DNA of 35,510 nucleotides from Balneolaceae bacterium (GTDB lineage Bacteria; Bacteroidota; Rhodothermia; Balneolales; Balneolaceae): contig SKWF01000117.1 of the NCBI GenBank assembly GCA_007129085.1, forward strand, positions 1 to 35,510. The letters run 5' to 3'. The notes under the pieces are model-generated. The model ran no database searches. It saw only the letters and a program-made list of their open reading frames with translations, and had not been told where the DNA came from. This document shows, one piece after another, positions 9,656-19,415 of the stretch; position 1 is the stretch's first letter; each line of letters begins with the position of its first letter. The position numbers were made by a program, and so were the translations under genes.

Positions 9656-11152
9656 ATGCCTGAAAAATATATTTTAGCCCTCGATCAAGGTACTACAAGT
9701 TCAAGAGCCATTGTGTTTGACAAAAAAGGTTCTATCATCTGTTCTGCGCAAAAAGAATTTAAACAGATCTACCCCGAGGCCGGATGGGTAGAACACGATG
9801 GAAACGAAATCTGGTCATCCCAGGCAGGTGTAGCGGCAGAAGCCATTGCACAAGGTGGAATTAATGGAAATAACCTCGCCGCAATCGGTATTACCAACCA
9901 GCGAGAAACCACTCTCATTTGGGACCGAAAGACAGGCAAACCTGTCTATAACGCCATTGTTTGGCAAGACAGGCGTACGTCCGACTATTGCGATAGACTA
10001 AAAAAAGATGGCCATGCTGAAATGTTTCAGGAGAAAACCGGGCTGATTCTCGACTCATACTTTTCTGCCACAAAGGTGAAATGGATTCTAGATAATGTTG
10101 AAGGTGTACGGGAACGAGCTGAAAAAGGGGAATTGGCATTCGGTACAATGGACAGCTGGCTGGTGTGGAATTTTACACGTGGTGAGCTGCACATTACCGA
10201 TGTAACCAACGCCTCCAGAACGATGATGTACAACATCCACAGTGGAGAGTGGGATAAGGAGATTTTAGATCTTCTTGATATTCCGGAATCCCTCCTCCCT
10301 GATGTGAAAGCCTCCAGTGAGGTATATGGGCGAACAAAAACCACCATTTTTGCCAGTAAAGTGCCCATTGCCGGAATCGCAGGAGATCAGCAGGCGGCAC
10401 TTTTTGGTCAGCGATGTATTGAGCCGGGAATGCTGAAAAACACCTACGGTACCGGATGCTTTATGGTGATGAACACGGGTGACAAACCGATCAAATCGGA
10501 AAATAACCTGCTTACAACCATTGCCTGGGAGATTGATGGAGAGACCACCTACGCTCTCGAAGGAAGTATTTTTATCGCCGGTGCTGTGGTGCAATGGCTG
10601 CGGGACGAGCTGCACCTGATTCAGCAGTCCGCAATGGTAGAGGCACTCGCTGAAACCGTTGACGACAATGACGGAGTTTATGTAGTACCCGCATTTGCAG
10701 GGCTCGGTGCTCCCCACTGGAATCAGCATGCAAGAGGAACAATTGTAGGCCTTACCCGCGGATCCAATTCTGGGCATATCGCCAGGGCCTCTCTTGAGGG
10801 AATAGCCTATCAAACCATGGATGTGATTAACGCCATGAAGGCCGACTCCGGCATCGACATTAAAGAGCTTCGTGTAGATGGCGGAGCCACCAAAAACAAT
10901 CTATTGATGCAGTTTCAATCTGATATCCTCCAAACGCCCGTAATCCGTCCTAAAATATTGGAGACGACGGCTCTCGGTGCAGCATACCTCGCCGGTCTCG
11001 CCGTAGGATACTGGAAAGATCATGACGAGATTAACAAACAGTGGCAGGAAGACAATCGGTTTAGCCCCCAGATGTCTGAACCGGACGCCAATGAACTAAT
11101 TACCGGTTGGAACAGAGCTTTGGCAGCTGCAAACGCTTGGTCTAAGGCATAA
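9656..11152 (+). CDS. glpK: Glycerol kinase
   Basis: [78 protein letters not shown]. Confidence 0.98.
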   Translation: MPEKYILALDQGTTSSRAIVFDKKGSIICSAQKEFKQIYPEAGWVEHDGNEIWSSQAGVAAEAIAQGGINGNNLAAIGITNQRETTLIWDRKTGKPVYNAIVWQDRRTSDYCDRLKKDGHAEMFQEKTGLILDSYFSATKVKWILDNVEGVRERAEKGELAFGTMDSWLVWNFTRGELHITDVTNASRTMMYNIHSGEWDKEILDLLDIPESLLPDVKASSEVYGRTKTTIFASKVPIAGIAGDQQAALFGQRCIEPGMLKNTYGTGCFMVMNTGDKPIKSENNLLTTIAWEIDGETTYALEGSIFIAGAVVQWLRDELHLIQQSAMVEALAETVDDNDGVYVVPAFAGLGAPHWNQHARGTIVGLTRGSNSGHIARASLEGIAYQTMDVINAMKADSGIDIKELRVDGGATKNNLLMQFQSDILQTPVIRPKILETTALGAAYLAGLAVGYWKDHDEINKQWQEDNRFSPQMSEPDANELITGWNRALAAANAWSKA

Positions 11153-11161
11153 AATTTAAGA

Positions 11162-11195
11162 CGGTACAGGCTTTAGCGGCCTGTATCGCTCTTTT
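11162..11195 (+). terminator. Intra-operon hairpin/terminator between glpK and glpD
   Basis: CGGTACAGGC/GCCTGTATCG 10-bp stem (one G-U), followed by CTCTTTT. Confidence 0.5.
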
Positions 11196-11227
11196 CTCCG
11201 AAATATTGAATACAATTATCAACAACT

Positions 11228-12790
11228 ATGGAAACTGATCGAAATAAAATGTTGGAGAGCCTTAAGTCGGGCTCAACGGAATGGGACGTAATAATTATTG
11301 GCGGTGGAGCTACCGGTCTGGGTGCTGCTGTAGATGCCTCATCAAGAGGATACAAAACCTTACTATTGGAACAGCACGATTTTTCTAAGGGTACATCAAG
11401 CCGCTCCACAAAACTGGTACATGGTGGTGTTCGATATCTGCAGCAGGGAAATATCTCCCTGGTACTTGAAGCACTTCGCGAGAGGGGATTACTTCTTAAA
11501 AACGCTCCGCATATTGCTACTACTCAGTCGTTTATCGTTCCAAACTACAAATGGTGGGAGCGACCTTTCTACGGTATTGGGATGAAAATGTACGATCTTC
11601 TTGCCGGAAAACTCGGTATCGGATCGTCCAAACATTTAAGCAAAAAAGAGACGGTCGAAAATATTCCTACCATTAACACCGATGGCCTGCGGGGTGGCAC
11701 CCTCTATTACGATGGGCAGTTTGATGACTCCCGTCTCGCGGTCAACCTGGCGCAAACAGCACTCGAGAATGGTGCAACAATTCTGAACTACACCAAAGTA
11801 ACCGGTTTGATGAGCGCCGATGATAAAATTACCGGCGTTACGGTTACCGATGCCATATCCGGTGAGCAGATAAAAGTTGAAGGTAAGACGGTTGTCAACG
11901 CTACCGGAATTTTTACGGATGACATTCTGAAAATGGAAGATCCGGACAGGAAAAATATGATCGTAACAAGCCAGGGAGTTCATGTTGTGCTCGATAAAAA
12001 ATTCCTGCCCGGAAAGAGCGCCCTTATGGTTCCCAAAACCGATGACGGCCGTGTTCTTTTTGCCGTTCCCTGGCATGATAAAGTGATCGTCGGAACGACT
12101 GATACTCCCGTGGATTATCATATACTGGAACCGGAGGCGCTTGAAGAAGAAATAGATTTTATTCTTGAACATGCAGCGAAATACCTGGATGGAAACCCCA
12201 CAAGAGATGACGTGCGAAGTATTTTTGCCGGACTCCGCCCGTTGGTTATGTCGACTGATTCCAAGGATACATCGGCCATTTCGCGCGATCATACGCTGCT
12301 GGTCTCTCCTGCCGGGCTCATCACCATCACCGGTGGAAAATGGACGACTTACCGAAAAATGGCGGAAGACACCATCAATCAAGCCATAAAAACCGGCGGT
12401 TTACAGCACAAAAAATGTGTTACGGAGAACTTAAAAATTCACGGCTGGCAAGAGGAGACCGACAGAACAGATCCCCTTCATGTTTACGGAAGCGACAGCA
12501 GCGCTATTAAAAAGTTGATCAAGGATCGTCCGGAGCTGGAAGAAAAAATTCACGAACGGCTTCCCTACACCAAAGCTGAAGTTGTTTGGAGCACCCGCAA
12601 TGAACTTGCAGTAACGGTGGAAGATATTTTAGCCCGACGAACTCGCTCTCTCCTGCTCGATGCAAAAGCAAGTATTGACGCCGCCCCGTTAGTTGCAAAA
12701 TTGATGGCCGAAGAACAAGGCAAAAACAAAGAGTGGCAAACCGAACAAGTTCAAGAATTTACAGCAGTAGCTAAAAAATATGTGGCCTGA
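11228..12790 (+). CDS. glpD: FAD-dependent glycerol-3-phosphate dehydrogenase/oxidase
   Basis: IIGGGATG FAD motif, GTSSRSTKLVHGGVRYL, DGQFDDSRL, NATG, GTTD, AGLRPL, GGKWTTYRKMAE, RRTR. Confidence 0.95.
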   Translation: METDRNKMLESLKSGSTEWDVIIIGGGATGLGAAVDASSRGYKTLLLEQHDFSKGTSSRSTKLVHGGVRYLQQGNISLVLEALRERGLLLKNAPHIATTQSFIVPNYKWWERPFYGIGMKMYDLLAGKLGIGSSKHLSKKETVENIPTINTDGLRGGTLYYDGQFDDSRLAVNLAQTALENGATILNYTKVTGLMSADDKITGVTVTDAISGEQIKVEGKTVVNATGIFTDDILKMEDPDRKNMIVTSQGVHVVLDKKFLPGKSALMVPKTDDGRVLFAVPWHDKVIVGTTDTPVDYHILEPEALEEEIDFILEHAAKYLDGNPTRDDVRSIFAGLRPLVMSTDSKDTSAISRDHTLLVSPAGLITITGGKWTTYRKMAEDTINQAIKTGGLQHKKCVTENLKIHGWQEETDRTDPLHVYGSDSSAIKKLIKDRPELEEKIHERLPYTKAEVVWSTRNELAVTVEDILARRTRSLLLDAKASIDAAPLVAKLMAEEQGKNKEWQTEQVQEFTAVAKKYVA

Positions 12791-12879
12791 TGTCCCGGCC
12801 ACACTTCTGTATCAAATAAGGCGTGTAATTTTTAGCGTCTACTCACTCGATCAAACCTTAGCCCCAAATAAATAGTAAA

Positions 12880-13647
12880 ATGAGTCCATATATTGCAGAA
12901 ATAATAGGTACCGCAATTTTAATGCTTCTTGGTAATGGAGTTGTGGCAAATGTACTTTTAAGCGATAGTAAAGGAAACGGTGGCGGCTGGATCGTCATCA
13001 CATGGGGATGGGGGATTGCCGTATTTGTTGCCGTGTACGTCGTCGGGCAATTTAGCGGTGCTCATATCAACCCGGCCGTAACGGTGGGATTAGCCGGAGC
13101 CGGCCTTTTTGAATGGGCGGAAGTCCCTTTTTACATCGCCGCTCAAATGGTAGGAGCCGCAATTGGTGCACTGCTCGTTTGGCTGACGTATAAAGATCAT
13201 TTTGCCAAAACCGATGATGGAGACCTCATTCTCGCTGTACACTCCACAGCTCCCGCAATCCGTAACTACCCAAGCAACCTGATGACGGAAGCCATCGGTA
13301 CCATTATGCTGGTATTTGGTGTGCTCTACCTGGCAGATCCCGGTTTTATTGGATCAAACGGCGAGCTATTGCAAACCATTGTAATAGATGGACAGGAAGT
13401 TGGATTTGGACTCGGCTCACTTTCTGCACTCCCGGTAGGCCTGCTGGTTCTCGGAATCGGACTTTCACTCGGTGGCCCAACAGGATATGCCATTAACCCC
13501 GCACGAGATCTCGGCCCCAGAATTATGCACGCTATTCTGCCCATTCCCGGTAAACGAGATAATGATTGGGCATACTCTTGGGTACCCGTTGTTGGCCCCA
13601 TCATTGGTGCCCTGCTCGCCGCAGGATTGTATCTGCTACTTCAATAA
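12880..13647 (+). CDS. glpF: Glycerol uptake facilitator (aquaglyceroporin)
   Basis: SGAHINPAVT and GYAINPARD (Asp after the second NPA box is the glyceroporin signature); WVPVVGP. Confidence 0.96.
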   Translation: MSPYIAEIIGTAILMLLGNGVVANVLLSDSKGNGGGWIVITWGWGIAVFVAVYVVGQFSGAHINPAVTVGLAGAGLFEWAEVPFYIAAQMVGAAIGALLVWLTYKDHFAKTDDGDLILAVHSTAPAIRNYPSNLMTEAIGTIMLVFGVLYLADPGFIGSNGELLQTIVIDGQEVGFGLGSLSALPVGLLVLGIGLSLGGPTGYAINPARDLGPRIMHAILPIPGKRDNDWAYSWVPVVGPIIGALLAAGLYLLLQ

Positions 13648-13749
13648 TTAATTCCTCCCTTAACCCCAATTAGGTTCAGGAATTCTAATTCAAACTGTGC
13701 TGCAGTTCACAAATACTGCAGCCGGTTTAACCCAAAATTTAAGTCTGTT

Positions 13750-14916
13750 ATGAAGAAATTATACCCAACGGTCACGCTACTATTCGCAACTCTATTCATC
13801 AGTTTTGCTCTCACTACTTCATCCATTTCAGCTCAAAACTTGTCTTTTGAAACCGAAAACAAATGGGGGTTGGATGTAACCGGTGCTCTGCCGGTATTCC
13901 TGGTGGCATCAAGCCACGACGGGTTCGATGCCAATGGCGATGATCAGTTCGCTACCCGCGTAATGTCCGGTTTTAATCCCGGCAATATCACCTTCACTGC
14001 ACACGCTCCTACCCAAAATGGAGTTGATGTATCTGCAGTGTTTCAAATCAATCATCACCTGCACGGCCCCAGCATTCAAAACGATGGACTTTTTGAAGGC
14101 CGTATTGCAGATATTATAATTGCCGGCGATTTTGGAACCATAAATGCCGGAAAAGGCTTCGGAATTTTCAACAGCAGTTCCATTGGTGATGCCGGCAGCG
14201 GTATGGGAGTGGGACGGTTCGCCGGGCCTGATGCCGCTGATGCCACCCTGGGAAGAATCGGCTCGGGATATACCTACGCCAATTTCAACCCCCGCATTAC
14301 CTACACTACGCCCGATCTTGGTGGCTTTTCGCTCAAGGCCGGATTAATCAACCCCGAAAAACCCGGTGGCGGCAGTTCCAATATTGAAACACCCTCCCCG
14401 CGACTGGAGGCCCAGGTTGATTACACCTTTAACCTTAACGGCAGTCCTATCCACGTATGGGCCGGCGGCCTCTATCAAAACGTAGACGTTGTAGATGAGA
14501 ACTTCGATTTCAATCTCTCCGGCTGGGATACAGGACTTCAGGTAACCCTCTCTGGGTTAACAGTAACAGGCTCATACTCCGAAACGAAAAGTATTGGCGC
14601 TGATGGACTCATCGGCATCAATATTTCCGGGGGCAGCGCGCTCGATCAAGCCGATGTTGACGGCAGCCAATGGTACACCGAAGCCACATACAACTTCGAT
14701 CGATTACTATTGGGAGCCAGCTACGGTGAGGGACATCAGGATAAAAATTCCACACCCGTAGGTGCCGCACAGGAAGTAACCAATGAGCTCCTCATGGGTT
14801 TTGCCAGATACCGGGTAACGGATAATCTAACACTCATGACAGAGGCACAAACCTTTGCGTCAGAATCACAAGCAGACTACTCCGCATTAATTCTTGGTAC
14901 ACAAATTACTTTTTAA
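13750..14916 (+). CDS. Outer-membrane porin (Gram-negative porin-like beta-barrel)
   Basis: Sec signal peptide (..ISA|QN), GDFGTINAG, PRITYTTP, amphipathic beta-strand pattern, C-terminal beta-signal LGTQITF. Confidence 0.82.
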   Translation: MKKLYPTVTLLFATLFISFALTTSSISAQNLSFETENKWGLDVTGALPVFLVASSHDGFDANGDDQFATRVMSGFNPGNITFTAHAPTQNGVDVSAVFQINHHLHGPSIQNDGLFEGRIADIIIAGDFGTINAGKGFGIFNSSSIGDAGSGMGVGRFAGPDAADATLGRIGSGYTYANFNPRITYTTPDLGGFSLKAGLINPEKPGGGSSNIETPSPRLEAQVDYTFNLNGSPIHVWAGGLYQNVDVVDENFDFNLSGWDTGLQVTLSGLTVTGSYSETKSIGADGLIGINISGGSALDQADVDGSQWYTEATYNFDRLLLGASYGEGHQDKNSTPVGAAQEVTNELLMGFARYRVTDNLTLMTEAQTFASESQADYSALILGTQITF

Positions 14917-14941
14917 CACACCCCATATAGTTTCAACAAAC

Positions 14942-14980
14942 AGTGCCCCTGCAGAGCAAAAGTGCCGGGGCACTTTTTTT
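14942..14980 (+). terminator. Intrinsic terminator of the glp-porin operon
   Basis: AGTGCCCC...GGGGCACT followed by a T-run. Confidence 0.8.
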
Positions 14981-15023
14981 ATCAAAATTCGATTAATGTT
15001 CTTTTAAATTTTTCCAGATAGAA

Positions 15024-15056
15024 GTCTCCCCTTCCAAGGGGAGATATAGAGGGGTG
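15024..15056. repeat. REP-like GC-rich palindrome TCTCCCCTT-CC-AAGGGGAGA-TAT-AGAGGGG
   Basis: 9-bp arms around a 2-nt centre plus a trailing AGAGGGG; resembles CCCCT/AGGGG extragenic repeats recalled from FCB-group genomes. Single copy in this window. Confidence 0.5.
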
Positions 15057-15259
15057 TCCTTTGAATTTTTCACTCGATCTGTTGCTGATTTAGGTTCACA
15101 GTTTTATAATCATATAATCAAACTCAGGCTACCTGTAACGGTTTGATGAACGCCTAAAATCAAGAAATTGAACCTTACGAAACCCTCAGCTTTGCTTATC
15201 TTCTTTTTCAACCCCCAGCTACTTCATCAGTAATTATAAATCCAGACAGGTCGGAATTC

Positions 15260-16369
15260 ATGTACAGTAACAACGATCAGCAACTCGCAGAACAGCTTTT
15301 AAACCACAGCGTAGAACTACAAGAAGGGCAAAATATTCTCCTGCAATGCATCGGGTTAAACGGAGTAGGGCTAATCCGTGCCTTGGCCGAGCTCGCCAGA
15401 AAAAGAGGTGCACACCCATTCATCAAACTGGAAGATCCCGAGATAAATCGAATTCTGCTGGAACAGGGAGATGACGACTTCTGGAAAAATCAGACCGAAG
15501 CCGACCAGCTTCCGCTTATGAAAAACATGGATGCCTTTATCGGTATTCGCGGCGCAGAAAATATCTACGAAAATTCGGCTGTACCTAAAGAAGCTAATAA
15601 AGCCTATTCCGACCATTTTCTCGATCCCGTACACTTTAAAGAGCGTGTTAACAACACCAACTGGGCCGTTTTACGATACCCCTCCGCTGCATTTGCGATG
15701 AACGCCAAAATGCCTACCGAGGCCTTTCGACAGTTCTATTACGATGCATGTTTGTTTGATTATCAGAAGCTGGAAAAGGCTATGAAGCCGCTTGAAGATC
15801 GACTTCGAAAAACAGAGATGATTCACCTCAAAGGTGAAGGCACCGATATCGAGTTTTCCGTGAAAGACCAAAACTGGATTCCATGCTTTGGCAAACGGAA
15901 CATACCGGATGGCGAACTCTTCACCTCCCCCATCTTGGATTCGGTCAACGGTCACATCACATACGCGCCATCGGTCTACCAGGGAAAACCGTTTGAATTC
16001 GTAAAGCTGGAGGTGGAAAACGGTATTGTTACCGGGTTTGATTCCTCCAATAACGAAGCGCTCGAGGAAATTCTGGATACGGATGAGGGAGCACGGCGCT
16101 TCGGGGAATTCAGCTTTGGGCTCAATCCAATTATCGAATCACCAATGTATGACATTTTGTTTGATGAGAAAATTTACGGATCAAACCACCTAACCCTTGG
16201 GAATGACTATGAAATTGCCCCGAACGGAAATGAGAGCAGTATCCACTGGGATCTGGTCTGTATTGGAGCAGACGTCTACCTGGATGGTGAGCAGGTTCGA
16301 AAAGGGAGGCTTTTTACAGATGAGAAGCTGGTGGGGTTAAACCCCAAGAAACTTTTAGAAAAGTTCTAA
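15260..16369 (+). CDS. Aminopeptidase, M29 family (AmpS/PepS/AmpT-like)
   Basis: NIPDGELFTSP, LDTDEGARRFGEFSFG, DILFDEKIYGSNHLTLG, NESSIHWDLV. Confidence 0.92.
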   Translation: MYSNNDQQLAEQLLNHSVELQEGQNILLQCIGLNGVGLIRALAELARKRGAHPFIKLEDPEINRILLEQGDDDFWKNQTEADQLPLMKNMDAFIGIRGAENIYENSAVPKEANKAYSDHFLDPVHFKERVNNTNWAVLRYPSAAFAMNAKMPTEAFRQFYYDACLFDYQKLEKAMKPLEDRLRKTEMIHLKGEGTDIEFSVKDQNWIPCFGKRNIPDGELFTSPILDSVNGHITYAPSVYQGKPFEFVKLEVENGIVTGFDSSNNEALEEILDTDEGARRFGEFSFGLNPIIESPMYDILFDEKIYGSNHLTLGNDYEIAPNGNESSIHWDLVCIGADVYLDGEQVRKGRLFTDEKLVGLNPKKLLEKF

Positions 16370-16420
16370 CGATTTTAAAATCGGGAGTTCACTAAAAAAA
16401 AGAATACTCAACCATCGGAC

Positions 16421-17431
16421 ATGGACTTTCTTCCACTCTACCGAGACATTCCAAAAATTGACGGGCATCTTCACCTAAACACCCAACGCCCGGCGATGAT
16501 GAAAGAGGCCGCCGAGGAAGGGTTCTCCCTTCTGACCATCAATACTGAAGTCCCTTTCTTCCCCAATATTGATGAGCAGCAGCAATTTGCCCTCGAACAG
16601 GATCATACCCATAGTAAGAAAATCGACTTTATAACTACATTCAGCACTGAACACTGGGGAGAAACCGGCTGGCAAGATGAAGCTATCTCCCAAATAGAAA
16701 CCGGATTGAACCGTGGAGCTGTTGGCGTAAAAATCTGGAAGAATATCGGTATGGAGCTCAAAGATAATGAGGGGAATTTTGTAATGGCCGACCACCCTTC
16801 CTTTGATCCGATCTATAGTTTTTTAGAAAAAAACGGAATACCGCTATTGGCACATCTCGGTGAGCCTAAAAACTGCTGGCTGCCGATCGAGCGGATGACC
16901 GTAACCAGTGATGTCGACTATTTTAAGAATCACCCCGAATACCACATGCACAAACATCTTGAGTTTCCATCTTACGAGCAGCAGCTGGCGGCAAGGGATC
17001 GGGTCTTAGACAATTATAAGCAGCTAACATTCATCGGCGCACACATTGCCAGCCTGGAGTGGAGCGTAGACAGAGCGGCTGAATGGCTCGACAGGTATCC
17101 CAACTGCGGAATCGATCTAGCCGAACGGGTTTGTCATTTGCAGCACCAGGCATCTGAAACTCCTCAAAAAGTCCGAGAGTTCATCACCACATATCAAGAC
17201 AGGATTATCTATGGGAGCGATCAGATTGATGACGGCATACATGCGGAAAACGAAATACGCTCAGAGTTGCAAACAAAATGGCGCAAAGAGTTCAGCTTTT
17301 TTGCCGACCCCGGCGAACAGACGGCATGGAACGTAAAAGAGCCATTTCCGGGATTACATTTAAAAAGAGAAGTACTTGAAAAAATTTTCTATAATAACGC
17401 ACTGAACTATTATCCCAAATTAAACTGCTGA
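16421..17431 (+). CDS. Amidohydrolase superfamily protein (Amidohydro_2-like)
   Basis: IDGHLH, GAVGVKIWK, LAHLGEP, IGAH, RIIYGSD, KIFYNNA. Confidence 0.88.
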   Translation: MDFLPLYRDIPKIDGHLHLNTQRPAMMKEAAEEGFSLLTINTEVPFFPNIDEQQQFALEQDHTHSKKIDFITTFSTEHWGETGWQDEAISQIETGLNRGAVGVKIWKNIGMELKDNEGNFVMADHPSFDPIYSFLEKNGIPLLAHLGEPKNCWLPIERMTVTSDVDYFKNHPEYHMHKHLEFPSYEQQLAARDRVLDNYKQLTFIGAHIASLEWSVDRAAEWLDRYPNCGIDLAERVCHLQHQASETPQKVREFITTYQDRIIYGSDQIDDGIHAENEIRSELQTKWRKEFSFFADPGEQTAWNVKEPFPGLHLKREVLEKIFYNNALNYYPKLNC

Positions 17432-17439
17432 ACAGTGTT

Positions 17440-19245
17440 ATGCTGTTAACCACAATCGATTGGCTTATCATTGCAGCCTACCTTCTCTTCTCACTGGTTG
17501 TGGGGCTTTGGGTAATGAAAAAAGCCGGAAAAGACTCAAAGGAATTTTTTGCTGCCGGTAAAAATATGCCCTGGTGGTTGTTGGGAATCTCGATGGTAGC
17601 CACAACCTTTTCTACCGATACGCCCAATCTTGTAACTGATATTGTGCGCCAAAATGGTGTTGCGGGGAACTGGACATGGTGGGCGTTTCTGCTTACGGGT
17701 ATGCTCACCGTATTTGTCTATGCAAACCTCTGGAAACGATCGGGCATACTTACCGATGTAGAGTTTTATGAGTTGAGGTACAGCGGTAAATCAGCCGCCT
17801 TTTTACGAGGTTTCCGCGCTGTCTATCTCGGATTTATTTTCAATATTATTATCATGGCCTCAGTTTCGCTTGCGGCTATCAAGCTGGGGACCGTGCTCAT
17901 GGGAATCACCCCTTTTCAAACCATCCTGATTGCCGGTGTTGTAACCGTCATTTACAGTGCGCTTGGTGGATTGAGGGGCGTTCTGATTACCGATTTTTTC
18001 CAATTCTTTCTATCCATACTCGGTGGATTAATTGCGGCGTATATTGCCGTCAGCCATCCCGATGTTGGCGGTTTAAGTGGCCTGTTAACACACGAAGATG
18101 TTATTCCGAAACTCAATATTCTACCCGACTTTTCCGACACGTCGCAGCTGCTTGCCATTTTTATTATTCCCCTGGCTGTACAGTGGTGGAGCGTCTACTA
18201 TCCCGGTTCGGAACCCGGCGGTGGTGGATATATCGCCCAGCGTATGTTTGCGGCAAAAGATGAAAATAACTCTATCGGGGCGGTATTCCTTTTTAACGCC
18301 CTCCACTATGCACTTCGGCCGTGGCCATGGATTATTGTAGGGCTCTGCTCTATCATCGTATTTCCCGACCTGGCATCGATTCGTGAGGAGTTCCCACACG
18401 CTACCGATATGGTAGATCACGATATGGGCTACCCTGCCATGCTTACGTTTATTCCGGCCGGTTTGATGGGGGTTGTAGTTGCCGCACTTATCGCGGCCTA
18501 CATGTCAACTATTTCCACACACCTGAACTGGGGATCGTCCTACTTGGTAAATGATTTTTACAAGCGATTTATCAAACCTGAAGCCTCCGAAAAAGAGCTG
18601 GTAAATGTAGGTAGAATCTCTACAGTTCTATTGATGGTTATTGCGGGTTGGGTGGCGCTGAATATGCGTTCTGCTCTCGATAATTTTCAGATTATCCTGC
18701 AGATTGGTGCGGGTACGGGCTTGCTCTTTATCCTCCGCTGGTTCTGGTGGCGCGTCAACGCCTGGAGCGAAATTGCGGGAATGGCGATCTCATTTATGGT
18801 AGCTCTCTATTTCCGATTTGCACATATACACACCGATCTGCCTATTCTTACCGGCTGGCAAGAACTCCTTGTGGGTGTTTCTTTAACAACCATCGGCTGG
18901 CTGGCGGTCACCTATCTAACGCGGCCCACAGATGATGAAACTCTGGTTAACTTCTGCAAAGTTACGCGTCCCGGTGGCCCCGGATGGGATCGAATCGTCT
19001 CTATAGCAAGAAACCGTGGAGTTTCGCTCAACGAGATTCAGGATGAAGCGTGGAGAGTTCCACAGGGAATCCTCTGTATGGTACTCGGCTGTATTGTTAT
19101 CTACGGCATCCTCCTCGCAACCGGCTACTGGATCTACGGCAACACTCTGCCGGCAACCATACTTACATTCGTAAGCGCAATTTCCGGATACCTGCTTGTC
19201 GTATCCTGGAAGAAACTGATCCAGATTTCTCCTGAAGAGAAGTAG
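17440..19245 (+). CDS. Sodium:solute symporter (SSS/SLC5 family)
   Basis: FFAAGKNMPWW, SMVATTFSTDTP, ELRYSG, GGLRGVLITD, YIAQRM, AAYMST; about 14 hydrophobic segments; 8 bp after the amidohydrolase. Confidence 0.93.
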   Translation: MLLTTIDWLIIAAYLLFSLVVGLWVMKKAGKDSKEFFAAGKNMPWWLLGISMVATTFSTDTPNLVTDIVRQNGVAGNWTWWAFLLTGMLTVFVYANLWKRSGILTDVEFYELRYSGKSAAFLRGFRAVYLGFIFNIIIMASVSLAAIKLGTVLMGITPFQTILIAGVVTVIYSALGGLRGVLITDFFQFFLSILGGLIAAYIAVSHPDVGGLSGLLTHEDVIPKLNILPDFSDTSQLLAIFIIPLAVQWWSVYYPGSEPGGGGYIAQRMFAAKDENNSIGAVFLFNALHYALRPWPWIIVGLCSIIVFPDLASIREEFPHATDMVDHDMGYPAMLTFIPAGLMGVVVAALIAAYMSTISTHLNWGSSYLVNDFYKRFIKPEASEKELVNVGRISTVLLMVIAGWVALNMRSALDNFQIILQIGAGTGLLFILRWFWWRVNAWSEIAGMAISFMVALYFRFAHIHTDLPILTGWQELLVGVSLTTIGWLAVTYLTRPTDDETLVNFCKVTRPGGPGWDRIVSIARNRGVSLNEIQDEAWRVPQGILCMVLGCIVIYGILLATGYWIYGNTLPATILTFVSAISGYLLVVSWKKLIQISPEEK

Positions 19246-19373
19246 GCTAAGAAAAAGGTTATCAGCGACTGCTTGTGAAAGCTCCGGTGGCGGAACCGCT
19301 CTGTAGACGCAGTGAAACAAGTCGTAACTAGAAGTGATTGCTCTCATCAATAGCTAGTGCCTCATCACAACAG

Positions 19374-19415
19374 TGCCCCCGTAACTGCAATGCATGAATT
19401 GCAGTTACGGGGGCA
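19374..19415. repeat. Perfect 18-bp inverted repeat with 6-nt loop
   Basis: TGCCCCCGTAACTGCAAT-GCATGA-ATTGCAGTTACGGGGGCA; no flanking U-tract on either strand. Confidence 0.95.

Noticed and set aside
18916-19350. 144-aa minus-strand ORF with RAVPPP (arrest-peptide-like)
   Set aside because: Mostly antisense to the SSS gene, no recognisable family, and not a true RAPP motif.
19370-19392. Cobalamin riboswitch (GCCCCCGTAACTG resembles GCCCCCGCAACTGT)
   Set aside because: The upstream GGGAA..GGTG.AA.TCC and the B12 box are absent, the motif is one arm of a perfect IR, and it lies between two stop codons.
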